Of a stretch of 32,000 bases of DNA, positions 1-9,714 are shown one piece after another; within the stretch, counting starts at the first letter, position 1; each line of letters starts with the position of its first letter. The position numbers were made by a program, and so were the translations under genes. The stretch covers positions 810,001 to 842,000 of the forward strand of contig NZ_JAGIOS010000001.1 of the NCBI RefSeq assembly GCF_017876815.1, written 5' to 3'. The notes below the pieces were generated by a model that searched no databases, was not told where the DNA came from, and was given only the letters and a program-made list of their open reading frames with translations. This stretch comes from Sinorhizobium meliloti. Its GTDB lineage: Bacteria; Pseudomonadota; Alphaproteobacteria; Rhizobiales; Rhizobiaceae.

Positions 1-3000
1 CGGCGCCTTTGTTGTTTTCGTTGGAGTTGACTGCGGTCAAGGAAGAGGAAGGAGTCCTGACGAACAGGCCGCTTTTGTTGCTGTAGCATGAGCCTCCGCC
101 CTCCGAGGCGGTTCCGCTGCTCGTGGCGTTGTAGGGATATCCGCTGCCGGCTTTGCCTCCGGTATATCCGCCCCCGCCCCCGCCGCCGCTGCCGCCGTCG
201 CTACTGCCGCTGATATCGGCGGCAGATGCGCCGTTACCGGAACTATTGCAATTGGCATTCGCTGTGGGAGTTCGGGCGTTTCCGCCATCTTTCGGATCGG
301 GAGCGGTCGAACCGGACGAGGCTCCGGCCGCGCCGCCGCCGCCGCCGCCGCCGGCTTTCAATACGGTTGTTCCTCCCAGTGCCAGCGAGGTCCCGCCACC
401 ACCGCCGCCGCCGGGAGAGCCACCGGTAATGCTCGTGGTGTCGCCGCCATCACCGCCTCGTCCCGTGCCGGAGCCTCCGGCCCCTCCATTGTCGCTAAAG
501 CCATTGACGCCGCCGCCGCTGCCAACCGTGCCGGTGATCGTGTCACCCGGGACAACATTCACGATCGCGTCGATGATCCGGGCTGCACCTCCCTTGCTGA
601 AGGGGGTCCTGAGGAAGTTATCACCCGTCCCGCCGACGCCACCGACCAACCGCACCTTCACCCGCGTTACGCCCGCCGGGACGGTATAGGTGTAGAGCTC
701 GCCGCCGACGCCGGTCGTAACGCCGTCGAAACCTTCCAGCCCCGTTGCCGGCTCGACGCTGCCGGGCAGGCGCACCACCCCCTCGACGACGCCGGCAACG
801 ATCCGCTTGCTGTCGTCGGCAAGGAGCTTCACCTCGGCCTCGTAGCGGCCGAGGCCGTTGCGCACCGCGATCTTGTGGGTGCCGGAGAGCGCCGGCGGAT
901 AATAGTCGACGAGGGCCTCGCCCTTGTCGACGAAGACCTGGACACCGGGTTCGGTCGCCCGTATGTCCTCGGCCCCCCACCGGCCCCGGCCGGAGGTCTC
1001 GAGCGTCACGTCCATCGAGGCATGGGTGGGAACGCCGTCGGCGTCGACGAACCGGATCAGCACCGGGATGGCCGAGGCCGGATCGGCGAAGGCCGCGGGC
1101 GGAGCCACGAGTTCGATCCGCGCCGGACGCCCGGGCGCCAGAACGGTGATTTCATTGCGCTCGCGGACATTGCCGAACGGGTCGGAAAAAGTGGCCTCGA
1201 GCCTGTTGCGGCCGCCTTCGAGGCGGATCGCGACATATTCGGCCGCCTGAACGCCCCCTGAAGCGTAGACGACCCGCTGGCCGACCTGCCCATCGGAGAC
1301 AGGTTCGCCGTTGAGATTGAGCCCCAGCTTCCCTTCCGCCGGTCCCTTGATGCGGACCGAGACGATGTCGCTGTTGACCAGGCTGTCGGCCTCGAGGTCC
1401 AGAAAGCCGAGTGCCGGCGAGAGCCCGCGGATCTCCGCTTCCAGATCGCGCGTGCGGTCGAGCGCGAGTGCCTGCGGCGCGTCGGCCTTCCCGGATTCTG
1501 CCGACTCTTCCTCCGACTGTTCCCGCGCGACGATCTGCGTTTCGGTGGTCTTGGCCGCTTCGCGGCGGGAAGACGACAGACGCCCGAAGTAATCCACCCA
1601 TTCCTCGCCTCCCGGATTCAGCCGCTCGGGAACGCTTACAGTCTTGCTGGCGGCGATGTTTTCGGCATAGGCCTGCCGGCGAGACTCGAGTTCGGCAAGC
1701 ACCTCCTCGCGGCTCACGCCCTCCCTCGGCGAGACGGCGAAATATTCGCTCACCACCTGCCCCGGCAGCAAACGCAGATAGCGGCTCTGCGGGCTCAGCG
1801 CGTCGCGCGCCGTGGTCGACCGAAGCTTTACCGTTGCCGGCAGCGTGGGCGTCGAAACGGCGATGACATGCGAACCGGGCGGCAGTCCGGGCAGCGAATA
1901 TTTACCGTCGATATCGGTGACGACGCTCGCTCCGTTCGAGAACTGGAGCTTGACGCCCGGAACTCCCGGCTCCACGCGCTCCAACGCACCGTCCGCCGCA
2001 TTGCGGCCGGCCGCCAGATAGCGATCCTGCTGCCCGTTTCCGTTGAGGTCGGCATAGACCTTTCCGAGGACGACGCCCTCGTCGCTGAAGACGCCGCCGT
2101 CGCGCTGGATGCGTACCAGAGCGCGAGCCTCGTTGGAAAGCACTTCCCCCCTGCCGGCCAGGTTGCCCGAAGCAAGGGCGACGTTGGCAAGCCGGCCCTG
2201 GGCGGTGGGGTCGACGGCAGCCATATAGGTCAAGGCCACCGTGTCGTCGGGACCGACGAAGCCGAGGTCGAAGGTGAGATTCCGGCCGGGGAAGCCGGAG
2301 ACCTCGACCGGCTTGCCGTCGAGCCGGGCCGTGCCTTCGAGATAGGATATACCTTTCGGCAAGCCGTCACGGATTGCGGCGCTGACGAGCCCAATGCCGG
2401 TCGTATTGGTCAGGGTGAGCGAATAGACCAGAATATCGCCGGGCGCGGGATTGGCCTCATCGACCGATTTTTCGAGGCGCAGGACCGATGAAGCGTCCGG
2501 ATCGAGCGGAATGTCGATGCCGCTGAAAGCGCCCGTTGTCGTAAACGCAGCTCCGTAGGAGGCTTCGGCATCCACGTTGCGGCCCAAAGCGGGGAACACC
2601 TTGCGATCGGAAGGGAATGAAAAGCCTTCGGGCGGCAGCACTTCGATCCGGTACGCGCCCGCGTTCTGCGCCGCGCTCACGACATAGAAGCCGTCGGCAT
2701 CGGACACGATGCGCTCGATCTCCGCTCCGGATGCATCGTAAAGGATGACCGTTGCGCCCGGTATCGCGACATTGCTGGCGGAATGGAAGACGAACCCGCC
2801 CGGATTGACGGTGAGAATGGCGGACACGGTCTGACCGCCGCATGTGGCGCTCGCGGAGACTTTCGTGTTCCGGTCCCCGGACACGACGCTGTCGCCCTGC
2901 ACCACCGGCAAAACCCGCTGAATCGGAATGAGCGCGGTCGTGAAGAGGCCGGTATTGGGTCCGGTTTCCGTCGCGACGGCCGTCTCCAGATCCGCCTCCG

Positions 3001-4219
3001 GATCGGTCGCGATCCGGATCCGGACGCTGTCCGCACCCGGGGTCGTGTTGCACGCGGCCGCGCTCAGATGGAGGCGAACGTTGCTGTTGAGGGCTGCGGT
3101 CGAGATCGGCCGACCGTCCGGCGCTGCGTAGGTCAGTGCCGCCTCGCCGCCCTCTACGGGCGTACGAACGAGATTGGACCGGACCTCGACCAGATCCTCC
3201 CCCGACTGCTGCCATGTAGAGGCCTCGTTGAGGATGAAGCCTTCCTGGGCATTGCCGGCGACGGCGACCTCGAAAGCGAGGTTGGCCGAGATGCCGCCCG
3301 GATAATCGCCTGCCCTGAAGAAGGCGACGGCATCGACCGCCGACGGATCCTGCGGAAGGGTCGTCACATATGTGTGCGTAGGCTGTCCGGCGACATGATA
3401 CAGGCCTACGAAGCCGGCGGCGGATTCCGCGTTGACGACGCGCGTATTGAGCGGCCGCGCGTCGCGCACGAGGATGCCGGAGGCCGCAGCCCCGTCGATG
3501 AGAATGGAGCTTCCGTCGAGCTGCGCGTAGGCTGCCACGGCATTCGCGCCGTTGTTGCGCAGCCGCAGTCCATAACGCAGCCTGCCGCCTGCCTGGACTT
3601 CATTCTCCGTGGCGGATTTTTCGAGAACGAGGCCCGTGGAGGACATGATGACCGTGCCGGTGGCTGCATCCGCAACACTTCCGTCCTTCGCACTCAGCCG
3701 GAGAGCCGCGAGCTGGCCATCATGCGAGGACGCCGGCGTTGCGAATTGCACGATGACGGGAAGCTCGCCACCCACCGGCAGCTCGATCGCCATGTCCGGC
3801 GTCAGTTCCCACTCGCCGGGATCGGCGGTTCCGTTGCGATTCTGATCTATGACGGCGCGGATATCAACGAGATTGGCATGGTGGCCGGCGACCTGCTCGA
3901 GGGTGGCCGACGGACTGAGGGGAGCGTTGCCCGTGTTGCGGATGAAGAATGCGAACTGGCCGACCGAAGCCGGCGCCATGAAAACGGTCTGGTCGGAAAC
4001 CACCTCGATGGCTTTCACCGAATTGACGCGGGTGACCACGACATTGGTCGATACGGACTCGTAGATGCCGAGTTCGGTATTGAAATACGAGACGACGGCC
4101 TGGCTTTCGATGAGCGCGCCGGCAGGAGCGGGAACGGCAAGGGCGACGGCCGGGCACAGGGCGGCGAACGCCGCCAGACAAGCCATGACCCTGCCAACTA
4201 TCCCGCGTATTCCCCGCAT
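1..4219 (-). CDS. Large secreted multidomain surface protein with DUF11-type repeat, SdrD-B/Cna-B-like, carboxypeptidase-regulatory-like and C-terminal glycine-rich domains. Partial: the C-terminus lies beyond the left edge.
   Basis: The minus-strand frame with codon first bases at positions equal to 1 mod 3 has no stop from 4318 down to base 1. I checked every in-frame plus-strand triplet for TTA/CTA/TCA. The upstream stop is at 4319-4321, and the first start is ATG 4219 (second ATG at 4186). It is absent from the ORF track because there is no stop in the window. Translation starts MRGIRGIVGRVMACLAAFAALCPAVALAVPAPAG, which looks like a signal peptide. It contains LEKSVDEANPAPGDILVYSLTLTNTTGIGL (DUF11-like) and GKVYADLNGNGQQD...GVPGVKLQFSNGASVVTDIDGKYSLPGLPPGSHVI. 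It also contains GGFVFHSASNVAIPGATVILYDASGAEIERIVSDADGFYVV and GGELYTYTVPAGVTRVKVRLVGGVGGTG followed by Gly runs. Confidence 0.8.
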   Translation of the reverse strand, partial: MRGIRGIVGRVMACLAAFAALCPAVALAVPAPAGALIESQAVVSYFNTELGIYESVSTNVVVTRVNSVKAIEVVSDQTVFMAPASVGQFAFFIRNTGNAPLSPSATLEQVAGHHANLVDIRAVIDQNRNGTADPGEWELTPDMAIELPVGGELPVIVQFATPASSHDGQLAALRLSAKDGSVADAATGTVIMSSTGLVLEKSATENEVQAGGRLRYGLRLRNNGANAVAAYAQLDGSSILIDGAAASGILVRDARPLNTRVVNAESAAGFVGLYHVAGQPTHTYVTTLPQDPSAVDAVAFFRAGDYPGGISANLAFEVAVAGNAQEGFILNEASTWQQSGEDLVEVRSNLVRTPVEGGEAALTYAAPDGRPISTAALNSNVRLHLSAAACNTTPGADSVRIRIATDPEADLETAVATETGPNTGLFTTALIPIQRVLPVVQGDSVVSGDRNTKVSASATCGGQTVSAILTVNPGGFVFHSASNVAIPGATVILYDASGAEIERIVSDADGFYVVSAAQNAGAYRIEVLPPEGFSFPSDRKVFPALGRNVDAEASYGAAFTTTGAFSGIDIPLDPDASSVLRLEKSVDEANPAPGDILVYSLTLTNTTGIGLVSAAIRDGLPKGISYLEGTARLDGKPVEVSGFPGRNLTFDLGFVGPDDTVALTYMAAVDPTAQGRLANVALASGNLAGRGEVLSNEARALVRIQRDGGVFSDEGVVLGKVYADLNGNGQQDRYLAAGRNAADGALERVEPGVPGVKLQFSNGASVVTDIDGKYSLPGLPPGSHVIAVSTPTLPATVKLRSTTARDALSPQSRYLRLLPGQVVSEYFAVSPREGVSREEVLAELESRRQAYAENIAASKTVSVPERLNPGGEEWVDYFGRLSSSRREAAKTTETQIVAREQSEEESAESGKADAPQALALDRTRDLEAEIRGLSPALGFLDLEADSLVNSDIVSVRIKGPAEGKLGLNLNGEPVSDGQVGQRVVYASGGVQAAEYVAIRLEGGRNRLEATFSDPFGNVRERNEITVLAPGRPARIELVAPPAAFADPASAIPVLIRFVDADGVPTHASMDVTLETSGRGRWGAEDIRATEPGVQVFVDKGEALVDYYPPALSGTHKIAVRNGLGRYEAEVKLLADDSKRIVAGVVEGVVRLPGSVEPATGLEGFDGVTTGVGGELYTYTVPAGVTRVKVRLVGGVGGTGDNFLRTPFSKGGAARIIDAIVNVVPGDTITGTVGSGGGVNGFSDNGGAGGSGTGRGGDGGDTTSITGGSPGGGGGGGTSLALGGTTVLKAGGGGGGGAAGASSGSTAPDPKDGGNARTPTANANCNSSGNGASAADISGSSDGGSGGGGGGGYTGGKAGSGYPYNATSSGTASEGGGSCYSNKSGLFVRTPSSSLTAVNSNENNKGA

Positions 4220-4304
4220 TATTTTCCCGATTGTGCTCGCCTGGAAGTGCCCGACATGCGGTGCGGGCAGGAGACGCCCCTGCCCGCCCGCCGACCGAGG
4301 AGGG

Positions 4305-7064
4305 CTACTGGTCGATCCTCACCCGGACGGTGAGCCGCGCGACCTGCCCCGAGGGCACGGTGCCATGCTCGGAGCGGATGGCACCCGTCGCGCCATCGGC
4401 CGGCTGAAGCGTCAGCTCCGCCTCAGTATCGCCGGTTGTCGCCGTGCCGGACGATCCGACATAGGTGGTGTAGGCCGGCGTTGCATCGTCGATTTGCAGC
4501 TCCGTCGCGTCCGCCGTGCCCATATTGGTCGCCGTGATGCGGTAGACGATGCATTCGCCCGGATTGGCCGCCTGCCCCGCCTGGGTGAAGCTGCCGTCGG
4601 CAGTTCCGTCGCATTTGGCGTCGACCGCCTGCTCCTTGACCACGACGACATTACCGGAAACGATGGTGACGGTTTCGGTGACCGTGTTGTTGCTCGGATT
4701 TTGATCCTCCACCGTTGCCTCGCCTGGCGCAGTGAGGGTGCTGTTCACGACGATTCTCGCGCTCTCGGAAAGTCCTCCCACGGCGCTGGCGGGTGCCTGG
4801 ACCCGCGAAAACAGCAGCACCCTGTCCCCGGGAGCGAGTTCCGTCTTGTCGAGCGCGGTCAAGATATTGGCAATGCTGGTCACCGTAGCGTCGGTGGAGT
4901 CCAGCACGCCGTTGCCGTTCGCGTCCACGCGAAGCGTTTCCGCGAAGCTCGGAAAATCAGGGTTGTAGCCGATGGGACCGTTGGTGATCGCGACGTTGCC
5001 GAGGTTCTCCAGCGTGTGGGTCATCACCACGACGCCGCCGGGCGCCGCCTGAGCGGTCTGGTCGGTGCGAATGGCGAGGTCGACGACCTGAACGACAGTG
5101 ACTTCGTCCAGTTTGGTATCGACGACCGCCGCACTGCTCGCCGAAGCGGCGCGGAAGTAAACATCCGTGTTGCCGGGCGCAGCCGTGTCCGGCGGGGTTA
5201 CGACGGCGGTGAACGTCGCGGACGCGCCCGGTGCGATCACGCCCGTATTGGTGACCGTGCCGTCGGCATTCCTGAACACCACCTGCCAGCCGGCCGGCAT
5301 GGAGCCGGGCGCGAAATTCGAGCCGCTGAAGGACAGATTGAAGCTGTCGGAAACCGAACGATTGTTTTTGACCACGAGGGTGAATTCGGCGGCCTCGCCC
5401 GGATTGGTTTTGACGGTCGTCCACGGGTCGCCGTTATCATTGGCGACATTGAGACCTGCCGCCAGTTCGCCCGCGTTCTGCAGATCGACGGTACCGCCGC
5501 CGACCTTACTTGCGATCCGCAGCCTTGTCTTGTTCAGCACCGCCGTGTTGCTGATGGAGGACGCCGTCATCGTCGCCTCCCAAGCTTGCGAACCCTCCTC
5601 GCGCGCCGCTCCGTCCGGCAAATTGGCATGCACAAGAAAGTTCGACACCGAGTTCGCGCCCAGCTGTATGTCCGGCCGGCCGTCGGAGTTCGTATCAAGG
5701 AGCGGCGTGCCCTCGGTGGTGGTAAAGCTGAACGTCGTGCCGGCGGGAAACGTGCCGGCGGGAAAACTGTTGCTCGGTTCGACGGAGAGATTGAACCTCT
5801 GCGTGGTGTTCGAGTGATTGGTAATGATCACGTCAAAAGGCACAGGGATACTTGAGGACAGATAGCCCTCTGTATAGGCAATGGTATCGTTCGCAGCGTT
5901 GTCGTCATCGGTGCTGGATGCCAGTCCGCCGTCGGTATAGTTCACGTCCGGCAGATCGCCACCGAATCGGCCTGCATAGGAAGGATCGGCCGCTCTATCC
6001 GCCAGCGTGACAGCCGTCGCCTGGCCGTCGTTGATGACGAGCCGCGCTTCGTTCGAGGTTTGCAGGTCGGTCTGGTCCGAGTCGATCGTACCGGTGTTGG
6101 AAATCGTGCCGGCTGCGCCAGTGGCGACCGTACCGACGAACTCGATATAGCCGCTCTTGCCGACAGGCACGGCGGACAGCGTCGCTTTCACCGTGCGGTC
6201 ATCAAGCGAATACGAATAGAAGATCTTGTGGCCCTGGCCGTTGGTGTGGTCTCCATCATCCTCGCGGGCGTCCGTCATCGCGCTGCCGTCGGACCACCGA
6301 CCCGTTCCCGCCACATATGTCAGTTCGCCTGGCAGCAGGTCCGTGATGATCACATCCGTCGCATCCGCTCCACCGGTATTGCTGTAGTTGAAGCGGACGC
6401 GCACGGTGTCGCCGGGGGTGAGCGAACCTGACCCGTCCCCGTCGTCGAGCAGGCTCATGGTCTTGGTGAACTCGAAAACGGCACCGGTCGTGACGGTCAC
6501 GGTATCCGTGTTGGTGTCGTTCGGCTGGTTCGGCTGGTTCGCCGTGCCCGCGGTGAAATTGCTCGCCGTTGTCAGCGTGCTCGCCGCGGTGATCTTGAAG
6601 GTGGGACTGCCGGTCGCCCCGGCCGCGACATTGACCTCTACGACGACGCAGGCGCTTTCGCCCGCGTTGAGCGAGCCGGTCTGGTCGATCGATGTCAGCG
6701 TATCGGGCACGCCGTCGCAATCGCCATCGGCATAGATGCCGACGAAGGAAAGGCCGGTACCGAAGTCGGAAGTCGTAAGGTCGTACCTGTCCGCCGCGTT
6801 ACCGACATTGGTGATGGTGTGCGGAAAGAGCACCTTGCCGCCGGCGACGGCGGATTTTGTCGTATCGGTCTCGATCTGAACGCCGGCGATGGTGTTGATC
6901 GTCGTCTGGACCAGGTTGGAGGTGACCGAAAAGGTCTGCCCGCCAGACTCGAAGGTCGCAACCGCCTGATTGCCGATGACGGTACCGGCCGCAGGCGGCG
7001 CCGCAAGCGCCGAAGACGCGAATGCCATTATACTCGCAGACGCAACCAAAAGATGCGCCGACAA
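4305..7064 (-). CDS. DUF11 (conserved repeat domain) secreted surface protein, about 919 aa
   Basis: This is the inner part of the 1097-aa track ORF 4305..7598. Repeated DUF11-like motifs are present (HTITNVGNAADRYDLT, MTHTLENLGNVAITNG, YRITATNMGTADATELQIDD). A signal-peptide-like MSAHLLVASASIMAFASSALA|APPAAG results if the TTG at 7064 is the start. The ATG at 7028 would truncate the signal peptide, and the 178 residues upstream look non-protein-like. The start is uncertain. Confidence 0.75.
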   Translation of the reverse strand: MSAHLLVASASIMAFASSALAAPPAAGTVIGNQAVATFESGGQTFSVTSNLVQTTINTIAGVQIETDTTKSAVAGGKVLFPHTITNVGNAADRYDLTTSDFGTGLSFVGIYADGDCDGVPDTLTSIDQTGSLNAGESACVVVEVNVAAGATGSPTFKITAASTLTTASNFTAGTANQPNQPNDTNTDTVTVTTGAVFEFTKTMSLLDDGDGSGSLTPGDTVRVRFNYSNTGGADATDVIITDLLPGELTYVAGTGRWSDGSAMTDAREDDGDHTNGQGHKIFYSYSLDDRTVKATLSAVPVGKSGYIEFVGTVATGAAGTISNTGTIDSDQTDLQTSNEARLVINDGQATAVTLADRAADPSYAGRFGGDLPDVNYTDGGLASSTDDDNAANDTIAYTEGYLSSSIPVPFDVIITNHSNTTQRFNLSVEPSNSFPAGTFPAGTTFSFTTTEGTPLLDTNSDGRPDIQLGANSVSNFLVHANLPDGAAREEGSQAWEATMTASSISNTAVLNKTRLRIASKVGGGTVDLQNAGELAAGLNVANDNGDPWTTVKTNPGEAAEFTLVVKNNRSVSDSFNLSFSGSNFAPGSMPAGWQVVFRNADGTVTNTGVIAPGASATFTAVVTPPDTAAPGNTDVYFRAASASSAAVVDTKLDEVTVVQVVDLAIRTDQTAQAAPGGVVVMTHTLENLGNVAITNGPIGYNPDFPSFAETLRVDANGNGVLDSTDATVTSIANILTALDKTELAPGDRVLLFSRVQAPASAVGGLSESARIVVNSTLTAPGEATVEDQNPSNNTVTETVTIVSGNVVVVKEQAVDAKCDGTADGSFTQAGQAANPGECIVYRITATNMGTADATELQIDDATPAYTTYVGSSGTATTGDTEAELTLQPADGATGAIRSEHGTVPSGQVARLTVRVRIDQ

Positions 7065-7655
7065 TTTTCCTGCGCCACCGATTTGTCTGCCGGTAGCCTG
7101 CTTCCAAGACGCTAGAATTCGCTCGCATAACTCGCCTTCCCGTGACCGATTTCGAACGGGAGTTGCAGGAGATGCCCACTTATATGCAAATAACCAAAAC
7201 AATTTTAGGGGAAATTTCGACTCGACGCTGCCGTCGCCAACATGCGGGGCCCTGCCGAATCCGGGCCCGACTGCCGGCAAATAGCTGTTTTGTTTACAAC
7301 CACAGGAAGAAAACACGTGCGATGAAGATCGCATATCATCGCCGGCGCGGTGTTCTCGCGAGCAACGGAAAAAGCTGCTTTGCCCTTGAAGGCGGGGGGT
7401 GATTCGGAAAATGCCTGCGAGGCGCGCTTCAGTCGGGGACGCCATCGTTCGGGATAGGTGAAGGTCAAGCCGCTTGTCGTCTCCCCCCTTGTGGGGGAGA
7501 ATATTTGCGGCGGGCTCTCGTTTCCACTTCTGCGTTCTGCCCGTGGCATCGTTTGGGCATGCGAACGTCAAACCGTTTACCATCTGCCCCCAAGGCAATG
7601 GTCCCGCGAGAGGATCAGAAGTGCATATGCCCTGGCGGCAACGCGAAGTGCTTCC

Positions 7656-8801
7656 TCACCGGAAACGCAGGTTTTCTTTTGTAAGCTCGTCGACCGATGA
7701 GCAGCCCATCAGCTTCATGCCGCGTTCGATCTCGACACGCATCAGTTCGAGCGCCCGTTCGACGCCAGCCTGTCCTGCCGCAGCGAGCGGGAAGAGATAG
7801 TAACGGCCAAGCCCGACCGCCTTCGCTCCCAACGAGAGCGCCTTGAGCACATGGGTGCCGCGCTGCACGCCGCCGTCCATCATCACATCTATCCTGTCCC
7901 CGACGGCCTGGACGATCTCGTCAAGCTGGTCGAATGCGGTGCGTGAACCGTCGAGCTGGCGCCCGCCGTGATTGGAGAGCACGATTCCGGTGCAGCCGAT
8001 CTCGACCGCGCGCTTGGCATCCTCGACCGAAATCACGCCTTTCAGGCAAAACTGGCCGCCCCAGTGCTGCACCATCTCGGCGACGTCGTCCCAGGACATG
8101 GACGGATCGAGCATCTCGGTGAAATAGCGGCTTATCGACATCGCGCCGCGGCCCATATCGACATGGTTTTCCAGCTGGGGCAGCCTGAAAGGCTCATGGC
8201 GAACATAGTTGACCGCCCAGGAGGGCTTGATCGCAAATTGCGTGATACCGGCGAGATTGAGCTTGAAAGGAATGGCAAACCCCGTTCGCTTGTCGCGCTC
8301 GCGATTGCCCCCGGTGATGCTGTCGACCGTCAGCATCATCACCTCGATGCCGGCCTGCTTGGCGCGCGCCATCATCTCGCGGTTCAATCCACGATCCTTG
8401 TGGAAGTAAAACTGGTAGACCTGCGGACCGTCGCAAATCCGCCGGGCCTCTTCCAGACTGACGGTGCCGAGCGAGGAGACACCGAACATGGTGCCGAACT
8501 TCGCAGCCGCTGCCGCCACCGCACGTTCGCCCTGATGGTGGAACAGACGCTGAAGCGCCGTCGGCGAGCAATAGACGGGCATCGCCAGCCTTTGCCCCAT
8601 GACCGTCACCGACATGTCGACGTCGCCGACGCCGCGCAGGACATTCGGAACCAGATCGCAGCCCTCGAACGCAGCCGTGTTGCGCCGGTAGGTGACCTCG
8701 TCATCGGCCGCGCCATCGATATAGTTGAAGATCGGCGACGGCAGGCGCCGTTTTGCCATCCGACGGAAATCGTGGAAATTGTAACAATCTTTCAGACGCA
8801 T
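7656..8801 (-). CDS. FMN-dependent alpha-hydroxy-acid dehydrogenase/oxidase (L-lactate dehydrogenase / mandelate dehydrogenase family)
   Basis: The translation MRLKDCYNFHDFRRMAKRRLPSPIFNYIDGAADDE... carries the family motif IVLSNHGGRQLDGS. The ATG at 8801 is preceded by GAGGGG. The 22 residues upstream in the track ORF are probably not translated. Confidence 0.85.
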   Translation of the reverse strand: MRLKDCYNFHDFRRMAKRRLPSPIFNYIDGAADDEVTYRRNTAAFEGCDLVPNVLRGVGDVDMSVTVMGQRLAMPVYCSPTALQRLFHHQGERAVAAAAAKFGTMFGVSSLGTVSLEEARRICDGPQVYQFYFHKDRGLNREMMARAKQAGIEVMMLTVDSITGGNRERDKRTGFAIPFKLNLAGITQFAIKPSWAVNYVRHEPFRLPQLENHVDMGRGAMSISRYFTEMLDPSMSWDDVAEMVQHWGGQFCLKGVISVEDAKRAVEIGCTGIVLSNHGGRQLDGSRTAFDQLDEIVQAVGDRIDVMMDGGVQRGTHVLKALSLGAKAVGLGRYYLFPLAAAGQAGVERALELMRVEIERGMKLMGCSSVDELTKENLRFR

Positions 8802-8888
8802 CTGCCCCTCAAACCCGAACGGCCGAATCAATAGCACTTTTTCGATAAGGCGGGATGAGGAAATCAAGCCGCGGCGGGAATCCGGCGC

Positions 8889-9506
8889 TCAGTCCGCCGT
8901 CGAGCCCGCAATGATGGTGAGGCGCCGCATAGATGGTATGTGGACACTGAACAGGAAGACGCCCCACCATTCGGCGCCGTCTTCGAAATAGTCGGAAACC
9001 TCCGGCAGCCGCGCGTCTGACCAGTCGAGAATTTCGCTTCGGTGGAGCGGCGGCAAGATAAAATCCCTGATCTCCTCGAACACCGCCTGCACTTCGCCAG
9101 GCCTGGCGTTCAGTGGATAGGGTGGATGCGAGAAGGCGTAGGCGAACTGCCCTCCAGGCTCAGGGCAAGAGCTCGCACCCGACATGATCCTCACATCGTC
9201 GAGCGAACTCAAGACCGGATCCGTCAACTGCGATCCGTCGGCGGTTTTATAGGAGCCGAGCCTCAGCAGGCTGCCGCTGTCCGGGTCGTACCAGTCGCCG
9301 AAGAATGCCTTTTCGCAGATGCGCCGGCTTCCCAGAGCGCGCAGCTTCCCGGCGTCGAATCTATGGAAGTGGCGCAACGCCTGAGGGACTGCCGAAAGGA
9401 TCTCCTCCTCCGTACCGCCTGCATCCTCGAAGATCGCGAAATCGAGCACGCCCAGCATTTCATCGAAGCGCTCGAAGGCAGGCGGTAGCTTCTCGATCCG
9501 GTTCAT
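8889..9506 (-). CDS. Hypothetical protein (205 aa), no family recognised
   Basis: Clean ORF with balanced, protein-like composition (MNRIEKLPPAFERFDEMLGVLDFAIFED...). It is co-directional with its neighbours. No motif I can name. Confidence 0.55.
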   Translation of the reverse strand: MNRIEKLPPAFERFDEMLGVLDFAIFEDAGGTEEEILSAVPQALRHFHRFDAGKLRALGSRRICEKAFFGDWYDPDSGSLLRLGSYKTADGSQLTDPVLSSLDDVRIMSGASSCPEPGGQFAYAFSHPPYPLNARPGEVQAVFEEIRDFILPPLHRSEILDWSDARLPEVSDYFEDGAEWWGVFLFSVHIPSMRRLTIIAGSTAD

Positions 9507-9714
9507 TCGCCTGTTTTAGGGCGCTGCCATGATAACTGCAATCGGCGGCAGAGGAGACGAGGATAGCTTTGGTATCGAGCATCCACAGGCTCATTCCTTC
9601 CAGCCCTCGAAGGGATCGCGATCCTGCGAAGTCTGGTTGCGGTCGGCCGGCCCCAGGGCAGCCCCTCGGTACTCGCCCTCCCCGTTGGCATTCGCGCCTG
9701 ATATGCCGCCGCCA

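Noticed and set aside
153-689. 178-aa plus-strand ORF rich in proline runs (MPPVYPPPPPPPLPP...)
   Set aside because: It is the exact antisense of the glycine-rich coding region of the verified minus-strand giant ORF. Poly-Pro is the mirror of GGC/GGN repeats.
2783-5855. Long plus-strand ORFs 2783..4333 (516 aa) and 4065..5855 (596 aa)
   Set aside because: They are Arg/Gly/Asp-rich with no motifs, and they lie antisense to two minus-strand genes that have clear domain signatures. Long spurious antisense ORFs of this kind are typical of high-GC DNA.
7480-7500. 8-bp GC hairpin TCTCCCCC-CTTGT-GGGGGAGA followed by ATATTT
   Set aside because: It could be a plus-strand terminator, but no plus-strand gene precedes it. 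On the minus strand it lacks a U-tract and lies about 150 nt from the dehydrogenase stop. Too ambiguous to call.
7065-7598. 5' 178 codons of the 1097-aa track ORF, plus ORFs 7142..7402, 7205..7549 and 7458..7800
   Set aside because: Composition is not protein-like (for example MPWGQMVNGLTFACPNDATGRTQKWKREP...). The signal peptide of the DUF11 protein begins only at about 7064, so I treated the region as a leader or promoter.
7968-8834. 288-aa plus-strand ORF
   Set aside because: Antisense to the well-supported alpha-hydroxy-acid dehydrogenase gene, with no motifs.
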